A DNA stretch of 63,995 bases from the NCBI GenBank assembly GCA_964370445.1, contig CAYJJK010000002.1:13934-77928 (forward strand), written 5' to 3'. Both the position numbers and the translations under genes were made by a program. Position 1 is the stretch's first letter. Each line of letters begins with the position of its first letter. Positions 17,911-28,052 of the stretch are shown here, in pieces. The DNA is from an uncultured Oscillospiraceae bacterium. Lineage in GTDB: Bacteria > Bacillota > Clostridia > Oscillospirales > Ruminococcaceae. The notes beneath the pieces were generated by a model. The model ran no database searches and had not been told where the DNA came from. It saw nothing but the letters and a program-made list of their open reading frames with translations.

Positions 17911-19605
17911 CTAGCCTTGACGCCGAAACCGTGCATAGCGCTCGTTTAGCAGTTCGTCTGTTGTAAGTGCAAGCAGTTCGGCCAGCTGGCACACAATATC
18001 TTTTTGTAGCTTTTCCAGGTCTAGCTGCGGTTCTTCAGAAACAATGTGTTCAATTACCCCAAGGGACAATAGATCCTGCGGGGTCAATTTAAGTGCTTTA
18101 GCAGCGTCCTGTGCCTTTTTGGGATCCTTATACAAAATTGATGCACACCCCTCTGGACTAATAACCGAATACACAGAGTTTTGCATCATCCAAACACGGT
18201 CGGCCACAGCCAAAGCCAATGCACCGCCACTACCACCTTCACCTAAAAACAAGCTTAAAATGGGTACACGTAGGGCAGACATCTCATATAAGTTCTCGGC
18301 AACGGCCTGTGCTTGACCACGTGCTTCGGCCTCCAGCCCACAAAATGCACCCGGGGTGTCTACAAGGCACAACACAGGCAAGCCAAATTTTTCCGCCTGT
18401 TTCATCAAGCGCAGCGCCTTGCGGTATCCTTCTGGATGTGGCATGCCAAAATTGCGCTTAGTGCGCTCGGCCAAATCCTCACCCTTTTCCTGTGCTAAAA
18501 TCATCATAGGCATTTTCAGTATTTGTCCAATTCCACCAATAATAGCGTGGTCGTCCCCATAACGCCTATCTCCACGCAATTCGGCAAATTCACTACACAA
18601 AGCACGTATCATCGCTTTTCCAGACGCCCTATCGGCCTGGCGTGCAAGCTGCAACAACTGGTAGGCATCTGGTTTTGAAGCCTCGATGGAAACAGCTTCA
18701 TCGTGCAAGCCACTCGGCTCGTTATTTTCCGGCTGATTGGTTGCAGAAAAAGTACTGGTTGTATATAAACGCAGCAATTGTACAATTCGTTTTTTCATTT
18801 TTGCACGCGGCACCACGGCGTCCAAAAATCCATGCTCTAGCAAAAACTCTGCACGCTGAAAATTTTTGGGTAATTTTTGGCGGATTGTTTGCTCAATCAC
18901 GCGTGGCCCAGCAAAAGCGATTAGCGCACCGGGTTCTGACAAAAGCACATCCGCTTGAAACGCAAAACTTGCCGATACACCACCTGTTGTAGGATCACAC
19001 AACACCGCAATATACAAAAGATTCGCATCACTATGACGCTTTGCCGCTGCAGAGGTTTTGGCCATTTGCATTAGGCTTAGTGTGCCCTCTTGCATGCGTG
19101 CCCCACCTGAAAGGCTGCATCCAATCACCGGTAAACGATGCTCTGTAGCATACTCAAACAGCATTGTAATGCTTTCACCTACAGCAGCCCCCATACTGCC
19201 CATCAAAAAATCGGCATTCATTGCAAAAATACAGCATTCAATTCCATTCATCTTTGCAATTCCCGCCATGATTTCTGGGACTTGGTGTTTATACAAATTT
19301 TCTAGTTTTTTGGCATATCCCGGAAAATTCAGTTTGTCTGCACTGGTTGGCAAACCCTCTAAGGGCACAAAACTCCCCTCATCACACAAAAGCGCGATGC
19401 GCTGTGGAGCCGACAGGCGAAAATGCTGACCACAGTGAACACATACTTGGTCATTGCTCTCCACTTCGTCTAAAAAAAGTGTTTCCCCACAGGCTTTACA
19501 AGAGATGGCCAAAGGTTCATTTTCGGCACGATCACTCTCATTTTTAGCGTCAATCGGTAATATTTTTGGCAAATTCGGGCTTTTTCTAAAATTAAATTTT
19601 GGCAC
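17911..19605 (-). CDS. accD-accA: Acetyl-CoA carboxylase carboxyltransferase, fused beta (AccD) + alpha (AccA) subunits
   Basis: GTG start behind GAAGGAGG. The N-terminal Zn ribbon is CKACGETLFLDEVESNDQVCVHCGQHF. The AccD core is GGARMQEG. After a linker of about 40 aa comes the AccA core RNFGMPHPEGYRKALRLMKQAEKFGLPVLCLVDTPGA...GEGGSGGALA. Confidence 0.9.
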   Translation of the reverse strand: MPKFNFRKSPNLPKILPIDAKNESDRAENEPLAISCKACGETLFLDEVESNDQVCVHCGQHFRLSAPQRIALLCDEGSFVPLEGLPTSADKLNFPGYAKKLENLYKHQVPEIMAGIAKMNGIECCIFAMNADFLMGSMGAAVGESITMLFEYATEHRLPVIGCSLSGGARMQEGTLSLMQMAKTSAAAKRHSDANLLYIAVLCDPTTGGVSASFAFQADVLLSEPGALIAFAGPRVIEQTIRQKLPKNFQRAEFLLEHGFLDAVVPRAKMKKRIVQLLRLYTTSTFSATNQPENNEPSGLHDEAVSIEASKPDAYQLLQLARQADRASGKAMIRALCSEFAELRGDRRYGDDHAIIGGIGQILKMPMMILAQEKGEDLAERTKRNFGMPHPEGYRKALRLMKQAEKFGLPVLCLVDTPGAFCGLEAEARGQAQAVAENLYEMSALRVPILSLFLGEGGSGGALALAVADRVWMMQNSVYSVISPEGCASILYKDPKKAQDAAKALKLTPQDLLSLGVIEHIVSEEPQLDLEKLQKDIVCQLAELLALTTDELLNERYARFRRQG

Positions 19606-19619
19606 CTTTCTGCCTCCTT

Positions 19620-20957
19620 CTAAAGCTTCATCGTGGCCAAAAGCCCCGTGTCGTAACTGCCGTCCAAAAAGGCAGGCTCCTCTAGAATATCAAGCAACAC
19701 ATCGCCCGTATTCGGCATTGGCTCAACACATAGTTCTGCCAACGCAGCGCGCATTTTTGCCACCGCATTTTTACGGCTGTTCGCATGCACAATCAGCTTA
19801 CCAAGCATTGAATCATAATAAGGCGGAACCATGCAACCTTCGTACAAAGCACTGTCAAAGCGCACGCCAGGGCCACCCGGCACATGCAGCGATTGCACAC
19901 GCCCACTTTGCGGTAAAAAACCACGTCTTCCATCTTCCGCATTGATGCGACACTCAATGGAATGTCCACGAAATTCCACATCTTTTTGTTGAATTTTAAG
20001 TGGTTTTCCTGCCGCCACACGAATTTGGCTCTTCACCAGATCAATGCCTGTCACTTCCTCGGTAACCGGGTGCTCCACCTGTAAGCGTGTGTTCATTTCC
20101 ATAAAATAAAACTTACCATCGCGGTCTAACAAAAATTCCATTGTGCCAAGCCCTTGGTAACCCACGGCTTTTGCCGCTGCCAGTGCCGCTTTTACCATTT
20201 TTCCACGCACCGAGGACGACACAGCTGGGGACGGGCATTCCTCTAACAATTTCTGGTTTCCACGTTGCACACTGCACTCACGCTCGCCAAGACAAACAGC
20301 AGCTCCATATTGGTCGCACAGCAGCTGCATTTCCACATGCTTCACATGCAACAACATGCGTTCCATATAGCACGCACCATCGCCAAATGCAGCATTTGCT
20401 TCTGCGGTTGCCGCTGCAAATGCCGCCGGAATTTCCTCTAGATTATCCACGCGGCGGATGCCTTTGCCACCGCCACCACTGCGCGCTTTAATTAAAACAG
20501 GCGTACCCATGCGTTTTGCATGCTTAAATGCCTCACGTGCACTCTCTAGCACCTCAGTGCCAGGGATCACCGGCACGCCAGCCTTTTGCATGGTTTGGCG
20601 TGCACATTCTTTATCCCCTAATAGCTCAATTTGCTCGGCTGTAGGGCCAATAAACACCAGCCCCGCCTCTTTCACACGTTTTGCAAACAACGCATTTTCG
20701 CTCAAAAGACCATACCCAGGGTGTATAGCCTCAGCCCTAGTGGCAAGGGCAGCGCTGAGAATGGCCCCCATGTTAAGGTAACTTTCTTGCAGGCGTGCAG
20801 GGCCAATACACACAGCTTCATCAGCCAGTTGCACGTGCAAAGCCTCAGCATCTGCTTTGCTATACACAGCCACGGTAGACACACCCAACTCGCGGCAGGC
20901 GCGGATGATACGCACAGCCACCTCACCGCGGTTTGCAATTAAAATTTTATGAAACAT
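19620..20957 (-). CDS. accC: Biotin carboxylase
   Basis: MFHKILIANRGEVAVRIIRACRELG..., ATP-grasp region GGGGKGIR, EMNTRLQVEHPVTE. Confidence 0.95.
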   Translation of the reverse strand: MFHKILIANRGEVAVRIIRACRELGVSTVAVYSKADAEALHVQLADEAVCIGPARLQESYLNMGAILSAALATRAEAIHPGYGLLSENALFAKRVKEAGLVFIGPTAEQIELLGDKECARQTMQKAGVPVIPGTEVLESAREAFKHAKRMGTPVLIKARSGGGGKGIRRVDNLEEIPAAFAAATAEANAAFGDGACYMERMLLHVKHVEMQLLCDQYGAAVCLGERECSVQRGNQKLLEECPSPAVSSSVRGKMVKAALAAAKAVGYQGLGTMEFLLDRDGKFYFMEMNTRLQVEHPVTEEVTGIDLVKSQIRVAAGKPLKIQQKDVEFRGHSIECRINAEDGRRGFLPQSGRVQSLHVPGGPGVRFDSALYEGCMVPPYYDSMLGKLIVHANSRKNAVAKMRAALAELCVEPMPNTGDVLLDILEEPAFLDGSYDTGLLATMKL

Positions 20958-20960
20958 CGT

Positions 20961-21389
20961 TTATTCCCCTATCAATGCAAAACTAAATTCTCCCTGCAAA
21001 GCCACCTTATCGCCCACGCGGCCCACTCCTTCGGCAAAGAAAAATGGCTCACGCACACGTGTCAGGCGGCAGGTACTCACCAACGTGTCGCCCACACGCA
21101 CAGGCTGCTTAAAGCGCACTTTGTCCAGTTTTGTGAAAAATGGCGTTTTGGGGCTCTCCATCTGTTTTTCTGCCAAGAGTACACAGCAAGTTTGTGCCAT
21201 CATTTCACACAAAATCACGCCCGGCACAACTGGGTTATCCGGAAAATGCCCCTGTAAAAAAAACTCGTCTCCACGAATAGTATAGCGTCCAAGTGCCGTA
21301 CCATCTTCTTGCAATTCCACCTCATCCACCAAAAGCATTGGTGCACGGTGTGGTAAAATTTTCTCAATTTCTTGTCTATTCATTGGCAT
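20961..21389 (-). CDS. fabZ: 3-hydroxyacyl-ACP dehydratase
   Basis: The real start is MPMNRQEIEKILPHRAPMLLVD, with TAATG overlapping the accB stop. HFPDNPVVPGVILCEMMAQ. Confidence 0.9.
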   Translation of the reverse strand: MPMNRQEIEKILPHRAPMLLVDEVELQEDGTALGRYTIRGDEFFLQGHFPDNPVVPGVILCEMMAQTCCVLLAEKQMESPKTPFFTKLDKVRFKQPVRVGDTLVSTCRLTRVREPFFFAEGVGRVGDKVALQGEFSFALIGE

Positions 21390-21811
21390 TACCCAAGGCG
21401 GAAGAGCACTTGGCCAAACTCCACCAGCTCTTCGTTGCCCACACAAATTTCCAGCACAACACCGTCTTTTGGTGCCGTGAATTCGTTCATCACTTTCATG
21501 GCTTCAAGGATGCACAGAGTTTGCCCTTTTTTGACGTTCTGTCCTACTTTTACAAACGGTGCTTCACCCGGTGCCGACGCAAGATAGGCCACACCCACAA
21601 GCGGACTTTCCAGCCCTTCACCCGCCGCCTCTACCTCTTGTGCTGCCACAGCCGGTGTTGTTTGTGCAACTTGTGCGGGTGCTACTGCTGCCGGCGCCAC
21701 CGCAGCCGCCTTCGATAAATACACCCGTGCGTCTTTTTCTTCTACTTCAATTTCGGTTAAGCCATATTCATTGAGCAATTCTGCCAATTCTTTGATGCGA
21801 TTCGTATCCAT
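21389..21811 (-). CDS. accB: Biotin carboxyl carrier protein
   Basis: Ala/Pro linker, and the biotinylation motif LEAMKVMNE. Confidence 0.9.
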   Translation of the reverse strand: MDTNRIKELAELLNEYGLTEIEVEEKDARVYLSKAAAVAPAAVAPAQVAQTTPAVAAQEVEAAGEGLESPLVGVAYLASAPGEAPFVKVGQNVKKGQTLCILEAMKVMNEFTAPKDGVVLEICVGNEELVEFGQVLFRLG

Positions 21812-21883
21812 AAAATATCCTCCAAATTTCTTAAAAGGTAAAACCCTTAAAATCCCTTCCCTTCAAACAAAGGTTACAAGATT

Positions 21884-23110
21884 TTACAGTTTGCGGAATG
21901 CAAGCACCGCATTGTGCCCACCAAAACCAAGCGAAGAAGAAAAAGCAACATCAAACGGGCGCTTTTCCGCTTTACCCGGGCAGTAAAACAAATCGCACTC
22001 GGGGTCTGCCTCTTGGTAAGAAATGGTAGGTGCTGCAACGCCGTCGCGCAAGGCCATGATGGCAGTGATGGCCTCGGCAGCACCAGCTGCACCCAACATA
22101 TGGCCTGTCATGCTTTTTGTGCTGGAAACTGCCACCGCTTTTGCATTCTCGCCAAAGGCTTTCCGATATCCCATGGTTTCGGTTTTATCATTCAACGGGG
22201 TGCTGGTTCCATGTGCATTCACATAGGTATTTTCATTCACAGATGTGATGTCACCCTCTTCCATTGCCTGCTTCACTGCGCGGTAAATTCCGTCAGCTTC
22301 AGGGTCGGGTGCTGTAAAATGATGTGCGTCACAGGTATTACCATACCCAACTACTTCTGCATAAATATTCGCATTACGCTGTTTGGCGTGCTCATATTCT
22401 TCTAGCATCAACAGCGCTGCCCCCTCGCCCATCACAAAACCGTCTCGTCTTGCATCAAAGGGGATCGATGCGGCATTTACATCGTTTGAAAAAGACAACG
22501 CTTGGCAAGCTGTAAATCCCTTGATGGCAAATGGGCACACAGCGGCCTCGCTACCACCGGCCAGCACTGCATCACAATAACCATGTTTTATCGCGCGAAA
22601 CGCTTCACCGATCGTGTTGCTAGATGTGGCGCATGCTGTCACCACTGGCAAAGACGGCCCCTTGATATTGTGACGCATCGCCAAAACGCCTGCGCCCATA
22701 TTGGCAATCATCATGGGGATCAAAAATGGAGAAAGTCGGCTTGCACCCTCGTTCATGCGTGTAACTTCACGCACTGTTGTGTGAATTCCACCTATACCGC
22801 TAGACACATACGTACCCACACGCTCGGGTGACACTGTGGCCAAAACGCCACTGTCGTGTACACATTCCTCTGCGGCTGCAATCAAATACTGGATAAATAA
22901 ATCGTACTTTCGCGCATCTCCCTTTTCCATGTAGTTGGTGCCAACAAAGCCTTTAAGCTCAGCGGCCAATGTGGCCTTATACCCCGTTGTGTCAAAATAG
23001 CTAATGGGGGCAATCCCATTCATGCCATCCACTGCATTTTTCCAAAATTCTGATGCTGTTAGCCCCAGCGGCGTCACAGCTCCCATACCTGTCACTACAA
23101 CACGTTTCAT
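21884..23110 (-). CDS. fabF: 3-oxoacyl-ACP synthase II
   Basis: Start is MKRVVVTGMGAVTPLG, behind GAAGGAG. Active-site region VVTACATSSNTIG; HGTSTPLND; GHMLGAAG. Confidence 0.95.
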   Translation of the reverse strand: MKRVVVTGMGAVTPLGLTASEFWKNAVDGMNGIAPISYFDTTGYKATLAAELKGFVGTNYMEKGDARKYDLFIQYLIAAAEECVHDSGVLATVSPERVGTYVSSGIGGIHTTVREVTRMNEGASRLSPFLIPMMIANMGAGVLAMRHNIKGPSLPVVTACATSSNTIGEAFRAIKHGYCDAVLAGGSEAAVCPFAIKGFTACQALSFSNDVNAASIPFDARRDGFVMGEGAALLMLEEYEHAKQRNANIYAEVVGYGNTCDAHHFTAPDPEADGIYRAVKQAMEEGDITSVNENTYVNAHGTSTPLNDKTETMGYRKAFGENAKAVAVSSTKSMTGHMLGAAGAAEAITAIMALRDGVAAPTISYQEADPECDLFYCPGKAEKRPFDVAFSSSLGFGGHNAVLAFRKL

Positions 23111-23149
23111 CTTACGCTCCTTCACAATATATCTTCCAAATCACTCGTA

Positions 23150-23893
23150 TCACATCGCCATACCGCCATCCACACGCAGCACCTCACCCGTGATATAGGC
23201 CGCGCTATCCGAGGCCAAAAATACCACCAAGTCAGCCACTTCGCGTGGACTTCCGTAACGCTTTGCCGGAATGGCAGAAAGCATTGCTTCCTGTACTTTT
23301 TCGCTCAATTTACCGGTCATTTCCGTTTCGATAAACCCAGGTGCAATTGCATTGCAGGTCACCCCACGTGCAGCAAGCTCTTTTGCTGTTGATTTTGTGA
23401 ATCCAAACAAAGCAGCCTTTGCCGCTGCATAATTTGCCTGACCTGCATTACCAAATAGGCCTACAACGCTAGAAATATTGATGATGCGCCCACTTCTTTG
23501 CCGCATGAAAGGCTGATAGACGGCTTTTGTGACATTGAAAGCCCCCTTCAAATTCACACGCAAAACCTCATCAAAATCTTCTTCACTCATTTTTAATAGC
23601 AAATTATCGCGCGTAATGCCCGCATTATTTACCACAATGTCCACACGGCCAAAATCATCTATAACCCGCTTCATCACATCGCTTACATCTTCTCCATTTC
23701 CAACATCACAACAATAGATTTCAGCTTTTCTTCCGTGCTCACGAACCGCGCTTAATGCCTCATTTGCTGCCTCGTGGTTGCCTGCATACAAAAGTGCCAC
23801 ATCCGCGCCGCATTCAGCAAGACGTTGCGCAATGGCACGTCCAATACCACGTGAGGCACCTGTCACCACCGCCACTTTTCCGCTTACGTCCAT
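23150..23893 (-). CDS. fabG: 3-oxoacyl-ACP reductase
   Basis: MDVSGKVAVVTGASRGIGRAIA, NNAG, YAAAKAA. This is an SDR-family protein. Confidence 0.9.
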   Translation of the reverse strand: MDVSGKVAVVTGASRGIGRAIAQRLAECGADVALLYAGNHEAANEALSAVREHGRKAEIYCCDVGNGEDVSDVMKRVIDDFGRVDIVVNNAGITRDNLLLKMSEEDFDEVLRVNLKGAFNVTKAVYQPFMRQRSGRIINISSVVGLFGNAGQANYAAAKAALFGFTKSTAKELAARGVTCNAIAPGFIETEMTGKLSEKVQEAMLSAIPAKRYGSPREVADLVVFLASDSAAYITGEVLRVDGGMAM

Positions 23894-23908
23894 CCCAGTC
23901 ACCTCGCC

Positions 23909-24916
23909 TTATCCGGCCAATTCAAAGCCGTTTTTAATTAATATTTTAATTGTATCTTCTAAAGTTTGCAAATCTTGCACAGAACACAAAGTAGCATCCT
24001 TACAAATTCGCTTAGCAAACCCACTTAGAGTACGCCCCGGACCCACTTCTACAAACACATTCTGTCCCGCATCGCATAAAGCGTGCATCGTTTGTGTCCA
24101 GCGTACAGGATTTTTCATTTGCGCAGCCAATGTTTGGCATGCATCTGCTTCATAAGGCCTTGCAGTAAGGTTTGCATATAGCGGTAAAGCCGGCATTTGT
24201 AAGTTGATTTCTTGCAAATACCCACCATAAGCCTCAGCAGCTTTTTCCATGTAAGGAGAGTGAAATGCTCCGGATACTGCAAGCACCTTGCCCAACCCTC
24301 CATTCGCTTTTACCAAATTTGCAAAATCTGCCAATTTATCAGCTGCTCCGGCCACCACCAACTGGCCGGGACAATTATAATTCACCGGATAAAACTCGGT
24401 GTTGTGTTCTTTCGAAAACTCATCACAAAGATGCTCTACCACATCATCTTGCAGTTTTAACACAGCACACATGCCCCCAGCACCGCCGGCACCTCCAAAC
24501 TCAGCCATATGTTCAGCACGTTTGCACACTGCCATAAAAGCTGCTTCAAATCCGTTCTTTTTAAAATCAGTTTCACCGCTACAATAGGCTTTTTCACCCG
24601 GCTCACGAAAGCTTCCACCAAAGGCCAGTGCCGCCATCTCTCCAAGTGAAAACCCTGCAAGCGCTGTAGGGCGAGCGCCGCGCTCATACAGCGCACATGC
24701 TGCAGCCAAATCCACGGCAAAAACACAGGGCTGTGTCACCTTAGTTTGTGCCAAAACTTCACCAGAGGCCTCAAAACAATCCGACAATGTTCCAGCGCGA
24801 AGACGCTCGGCCATGTCCAAAACCCGTGCCGCCTCACCACCAAGCGCATACAACTCTCGCCCCATACCGGTATACTGTGCACCTTGACCAGCAAATAAAA
24901 AAGTCATTTTTTTCAT
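23909..24916 (-). CDS. fabD: Malonyl-CoA:ACP transacylase
   Basis: The likely start is MKKMTFLFAGQGAQY, behind GGAGGA. The active site is GFSLGE. It contains a Gly-rich insertion (FGGAGGAGG). Confidence 0.9.
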   Translation of the reverse strand: MKKMTFLFAGQGAQYTGMGRELYALGGEAARVLDMAERLRAGTLSDCFEASGEVLAQTKVTQPCVFAVDLAAACALYERGARPTALAGFSLGEMAALAFGGSFREPGEKAYCSGETDFKKNGFEAAFMAVCKRAEHMAEFGGAGGAGGMCAVLKLQDDVVEHLCDEFSKEHNTEFYPVNYNCPGQLVVAGAADKLADFANLVKANGGLGKVLAVSGAFHSPYMEKAAEAYGGYLQEINLQMPALPLYANLTARPYEADACQTLAAQMKNPVRWTQTMHALCDAGQNVFVEVGPGRTLSGFAKRICKDATLCSVQDLQTLEDTIKILIKNGFELAG

Positions 24917-25771
24917 CATATCCTCCAAACCAAACCTTGGCATAGCAACCTTGTTTTAATCCAAAGCTGTGTAAAAACTCCTCATATACAAAAGTACCCA
25001 CTCACTATACCGGGCACAGCTAGCGGTACAGATTTTCAATCCGGAAGCCCTCTTTACATTTTAACTCACAACACTGCCACACAAAGCAACGCTCACCTCA
25101 GCCATATCCTGATACCGTTTAAAGGCTCTCATCGCACGCACCATGCTCAAGAACGTTCGTTTTCTGTATATATTGTACATATTTCAACAATCCGTTGAGA
25201 TATGTACGCCCTCTTTTAACTCTCAGTTCTTTCAATATCGCCGATGCGACCAAGCCCAAATGCCCAACCACAAGGTTCAATCTCCTAAAAAATCCATTTA
25301 CACCCTGCTAGCGGCCAACCTATGGAAGTATTGCGATACAAAATCTGCTTTAGCAACAAAAAACGGACAAAGCCTGCTCTGCCATAGACTTTTGACTGCT
25401 TTTATCACAGCTTACAACGGGCCAAAGCTCCCTATTCTTTGAAAACAATTATTTACAATTAGTAATATTATCTATAAATATCTCTTATTGTACATGTATT
25501 TACCAAGCTATTTTTACGAAAAAATGGCCTCAATCACCTTAAAAGGATGCCCATTTCTTCGGATTCTCTCATTTTGATGCTCCACTATAAAATATCTCAA
25601 ATTTTGATGTAAAGCAAAATAACTTCACATATTTTTAAAACACATGTATGTCATTTTTCGTTGTAATGAAAATCATTATGCATATTCCCATGAAATACTT
25701 GCGTGATTTTGAAGCATATAACATCCTCAAAACCACGCAAATTATCTTCAATTTTGGCAAACTCTATGTTT

Positions 25772-26719
25772 CTAACGCACCCATTGTCCAGCCGATTTTA
25801 AAATCTCTTCGGCCTGTTGGCATACGCCGTGCACAATCTCACTCGCCGTACACGTTTCACACAGCATGCCGGCCACCTGGCCTGCCAGAAAACTTCCAGT
25901 TTTTTCATCGCCCTCAATAGCGGCACGATAAAGGCTACCTCCGCCAAAAGCTTCCAGTTCTGCATCGGTGACGGACGAATCGTATTCTTTTTTCAAAAAA
26001 TCTCGCATAAAGGCATTTCTAATACCACGCACAGGGTGCCCTAAACGACGGCCAGTTGCCATAGTGTCGATATCTTTGGCCTTCAGCACACGCTGTTTAT
26101 AGTTCGTGTGCACATTGCACTCTTCAGCAAGTAAGAAACGTGTACCCATTTGCACACCACAAGCACCCAGCATCATAGCTGCTGCCATACCTCGGCCATC
26201 TCCAATTCCACCTGCGGCCACCACAGGGATTTCTACAACATCACACACCTGCGGCACCAAAGTCATGGTGGTCATCTCGCCGATGTGTCCACCACTTTCT
26301 CCGCCTTCAGCAATCACAGCATCCGCACCACTACGTTCCATTTTGCGCGCATGCGCCACACTGGCAATTACCGGAATCACAACGATTCCTGCATTTTTCC
26401 ATTCTTCGATATATTTCCCGGGGTTGCCCGCGCCCGTGGTTACTACAGGTACTTTTTCCTCCACCACCAGCTTTGCCACCTCGGCAGCAAATGGGCTCAT
26501 CAGCATGATATTCACACCAAAAGGTTTGTCTGTCAAACTTTTACACTTTTGAATTTCAGCACGCACCACATCCACATTAGCATTCATGGCGGCAATAATG
26601 CCAAGCCCACCAGCATTTGAGGTAGCTGCAGCCAAATCTGCATCAGCAATCCACGCCATACCGCCTTGCAAAACCGGATATTGTATCCCTAAAATTTCAC
26701 ACAGTTGAGATTTTAGCAT
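25772..26719 (-). CDS. fabK: Enoyl-ACP reductase II (FMN-dependent, NPD family)
   Basis: MLKSQLCEILGIQYPVLQGGMAWIADADLAAATSNAGGLGII. Lies between acpP and fabD, as in S. pneumoniae. Confidence 0.85.
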   Translation of the reverse strand: MLKSQLCEILGIQYPVLQGGMAWIADADLAAATSNAGGLGIIAAMNANVDVVRAEIQKCKSLTDKPFGVNIMLMSPFAAEVAKLVVEEKVPVVTTGAGNPGKYIEEWKNAGIVVIPVIASVAHARKMERSGADAVIAEGGESGGHIGEMTTMTLVPQVCDVVEIPVVAAGGIGDGRGMAAAMMLGACGVQMGTRFLLAEECNVHTNYKQRVLKAKDIDTMATGRRLGHPVRGIRNAFMRDFLKKEYDSSVTDAELEAFGGGSLYRAAIEGDEKTGSFLAGQVAGMLCETCTASEIVHGVCQQAEEILKSAGQWVR

Positions 26720-26728
26720 GCCTGCCTC

Positions 26729-26953
26729 CTATACATTCTTCTCATCAATCAACTTCACAAGGTCGCCCACTGTGCGAATATCCTCGCTGATTTCCACTTC
26801 TACACCAAAAGCATCTTCACATGCCATCGCCATATCCACAAGATCTAAACTGTCTAGCTCTAAGGCCTCAAACGTGGTTTCCATTGTCAAGCTTCCAGCT
26901 TCCATCTCTTTGTACTCGCTCATAATTGTCTCTACTTTTTTCAGTGTTTCCAT
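26729..26953 (-). CDS. acpP: Acyl carrier protein
   Basis: 74 aa, with the phosphopantetheine site LELDSLDLVD. Confidence 0.9.
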   Translation of the reverse strand: METLKKVETIMSEYKEMEAGSLTMETTFEALELDSLDLVDMAMACEDAFGVEVEISEDIRTVGDLVKLIDEKNV

Positions 26954-27080
26954 TCGTCTGGTCTCCTTTTATTCGCTTTTATTTATAATGTATGTCAAGC
27001 TCCAATGGAGCAAAAACCATTTTTTCAAAAATGACATATTTTTTTGTTTTTAAGCACTCAATGCTGTGATAACATCCCAT

Positions 27081-28052
27081 TTAGTCTTTTGTCCAGCGTA
27101 AAAGGACTGTACCATAAGCTAAACCGCCCCCAAATGCGCTAAACAGCAACCGATCTCCTTTTTTAAAACGCTTTGCCTTATTGCATTGGTCAAGCAACAC
27201 TGGCACACTAGCCGCCGACATATTGCCAACCTCATGGATATTAACACAAAAACGCTCTGCCGGAACTTTCAGTTTTTTGATTGCTGCATCAATAATTCTT
27301 AGGTTTGCTTGATGCAGCAAAATATGGTCAATATCCTCCTTGGCTATCCCTGTTTCTGTCAATGCCGCCTCAATACCGTCACAAACAGCACCCACTGCAA
27401 ATTTATACACATCTCTGCCATCCATATGAATAAAATTCACACTTCGCTGTTTGCGGTTTGCTGCCAAATGTGGCGGTAAATTTCCGTTTGGCATAGGAAC
27501 ATAAAGAGCGGTTTCATTGGGCAAAGTATTTAATTTCAAATATTCCAGCGCGTCACCGGCGCCTAGCACTACGGCACCTGCTCCATCTCCAAACAAAACA
27601 CAAGTGCTACGGTCTTGCCAATCTGCAAGGCGGCTCATTCCCTCAGCCCCTATAAGCAAAACACGCTTTGCCCCACGAGCCAAAATGCCTGCAACCATAT
27701 CGAGCCCAAAAACAAACCCTGTGCATGCCCCAGAAATATCCAAAGCCGGGCATTTAGCCTCCAGCTCGCGGTGCACAAGGCTTGCAACCGAAGGCGTAAT
27801 ATATTCACCACCTAAGGTAGCACATAAAATATAATCCAGCTCACTTGCAAGCACACCCGCATCCAAAAGTGCAGCTTTTGCCGCCTCTATCGCCATTTCA
27901 TGCACCAGTTCTTCATTCATAAGATGACGCTTTTTTATCCCTGTGCGTGTCTCAATCCATTCATCACTTGTGTCAAGAAACTGTGATAAATCGTTATTAT
28001 CTATTGTTAACGGTGGCAGTGAACTGCCCGTGCCCAAAATTTCTAAACTCAT
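27081..28052 (-). CDS. fabH: 3-oxoacyl-ACP synthase III
   Basis: The real start is MSLEILGTGSSLPP, with ATGA overlapping the regulator stop. ISGACTGFVFGL; HQANLRII; GNMSAASVP. Confidence 0.95.
   Translation of the reverse strand: MSLEILGTGSSLPPLTIDNNDLSQFLDTSDEWIETRTGIKKRHLMNEELVHEMAIEAAKAALLDAGVLASELDYILCATLGGEYITPSVASLVHRELEAKCPALDISGACTGFVFGLDMVAGILARGAKRVLLIGAEGMSRLADWQDRSTCVLFGDGAGAVVLGAGDALEYLKLNTLPNETALYVPMPNGNLPPHLAANRKQRSVNFIHMDGRDVYKFAVGAVCDGIEAALTETGIAKEDIDHILLHQANLRIIDAAIKKLKVPAERFCVNIHEVGNMSAASVPVLLDQCNKAKRFKKGDRLLFSAFGGGLAYGTVLLRWTKD

Noticed and set aside
25143-25442. The 99-aa plus-strand ORF inside the fabK-fabD spacer.
   Set aside because: It is antisense to the operon, has no SD, and has an implausible composition (for example FLYILYIFQQSVEICTPSF) with no recognisable family.
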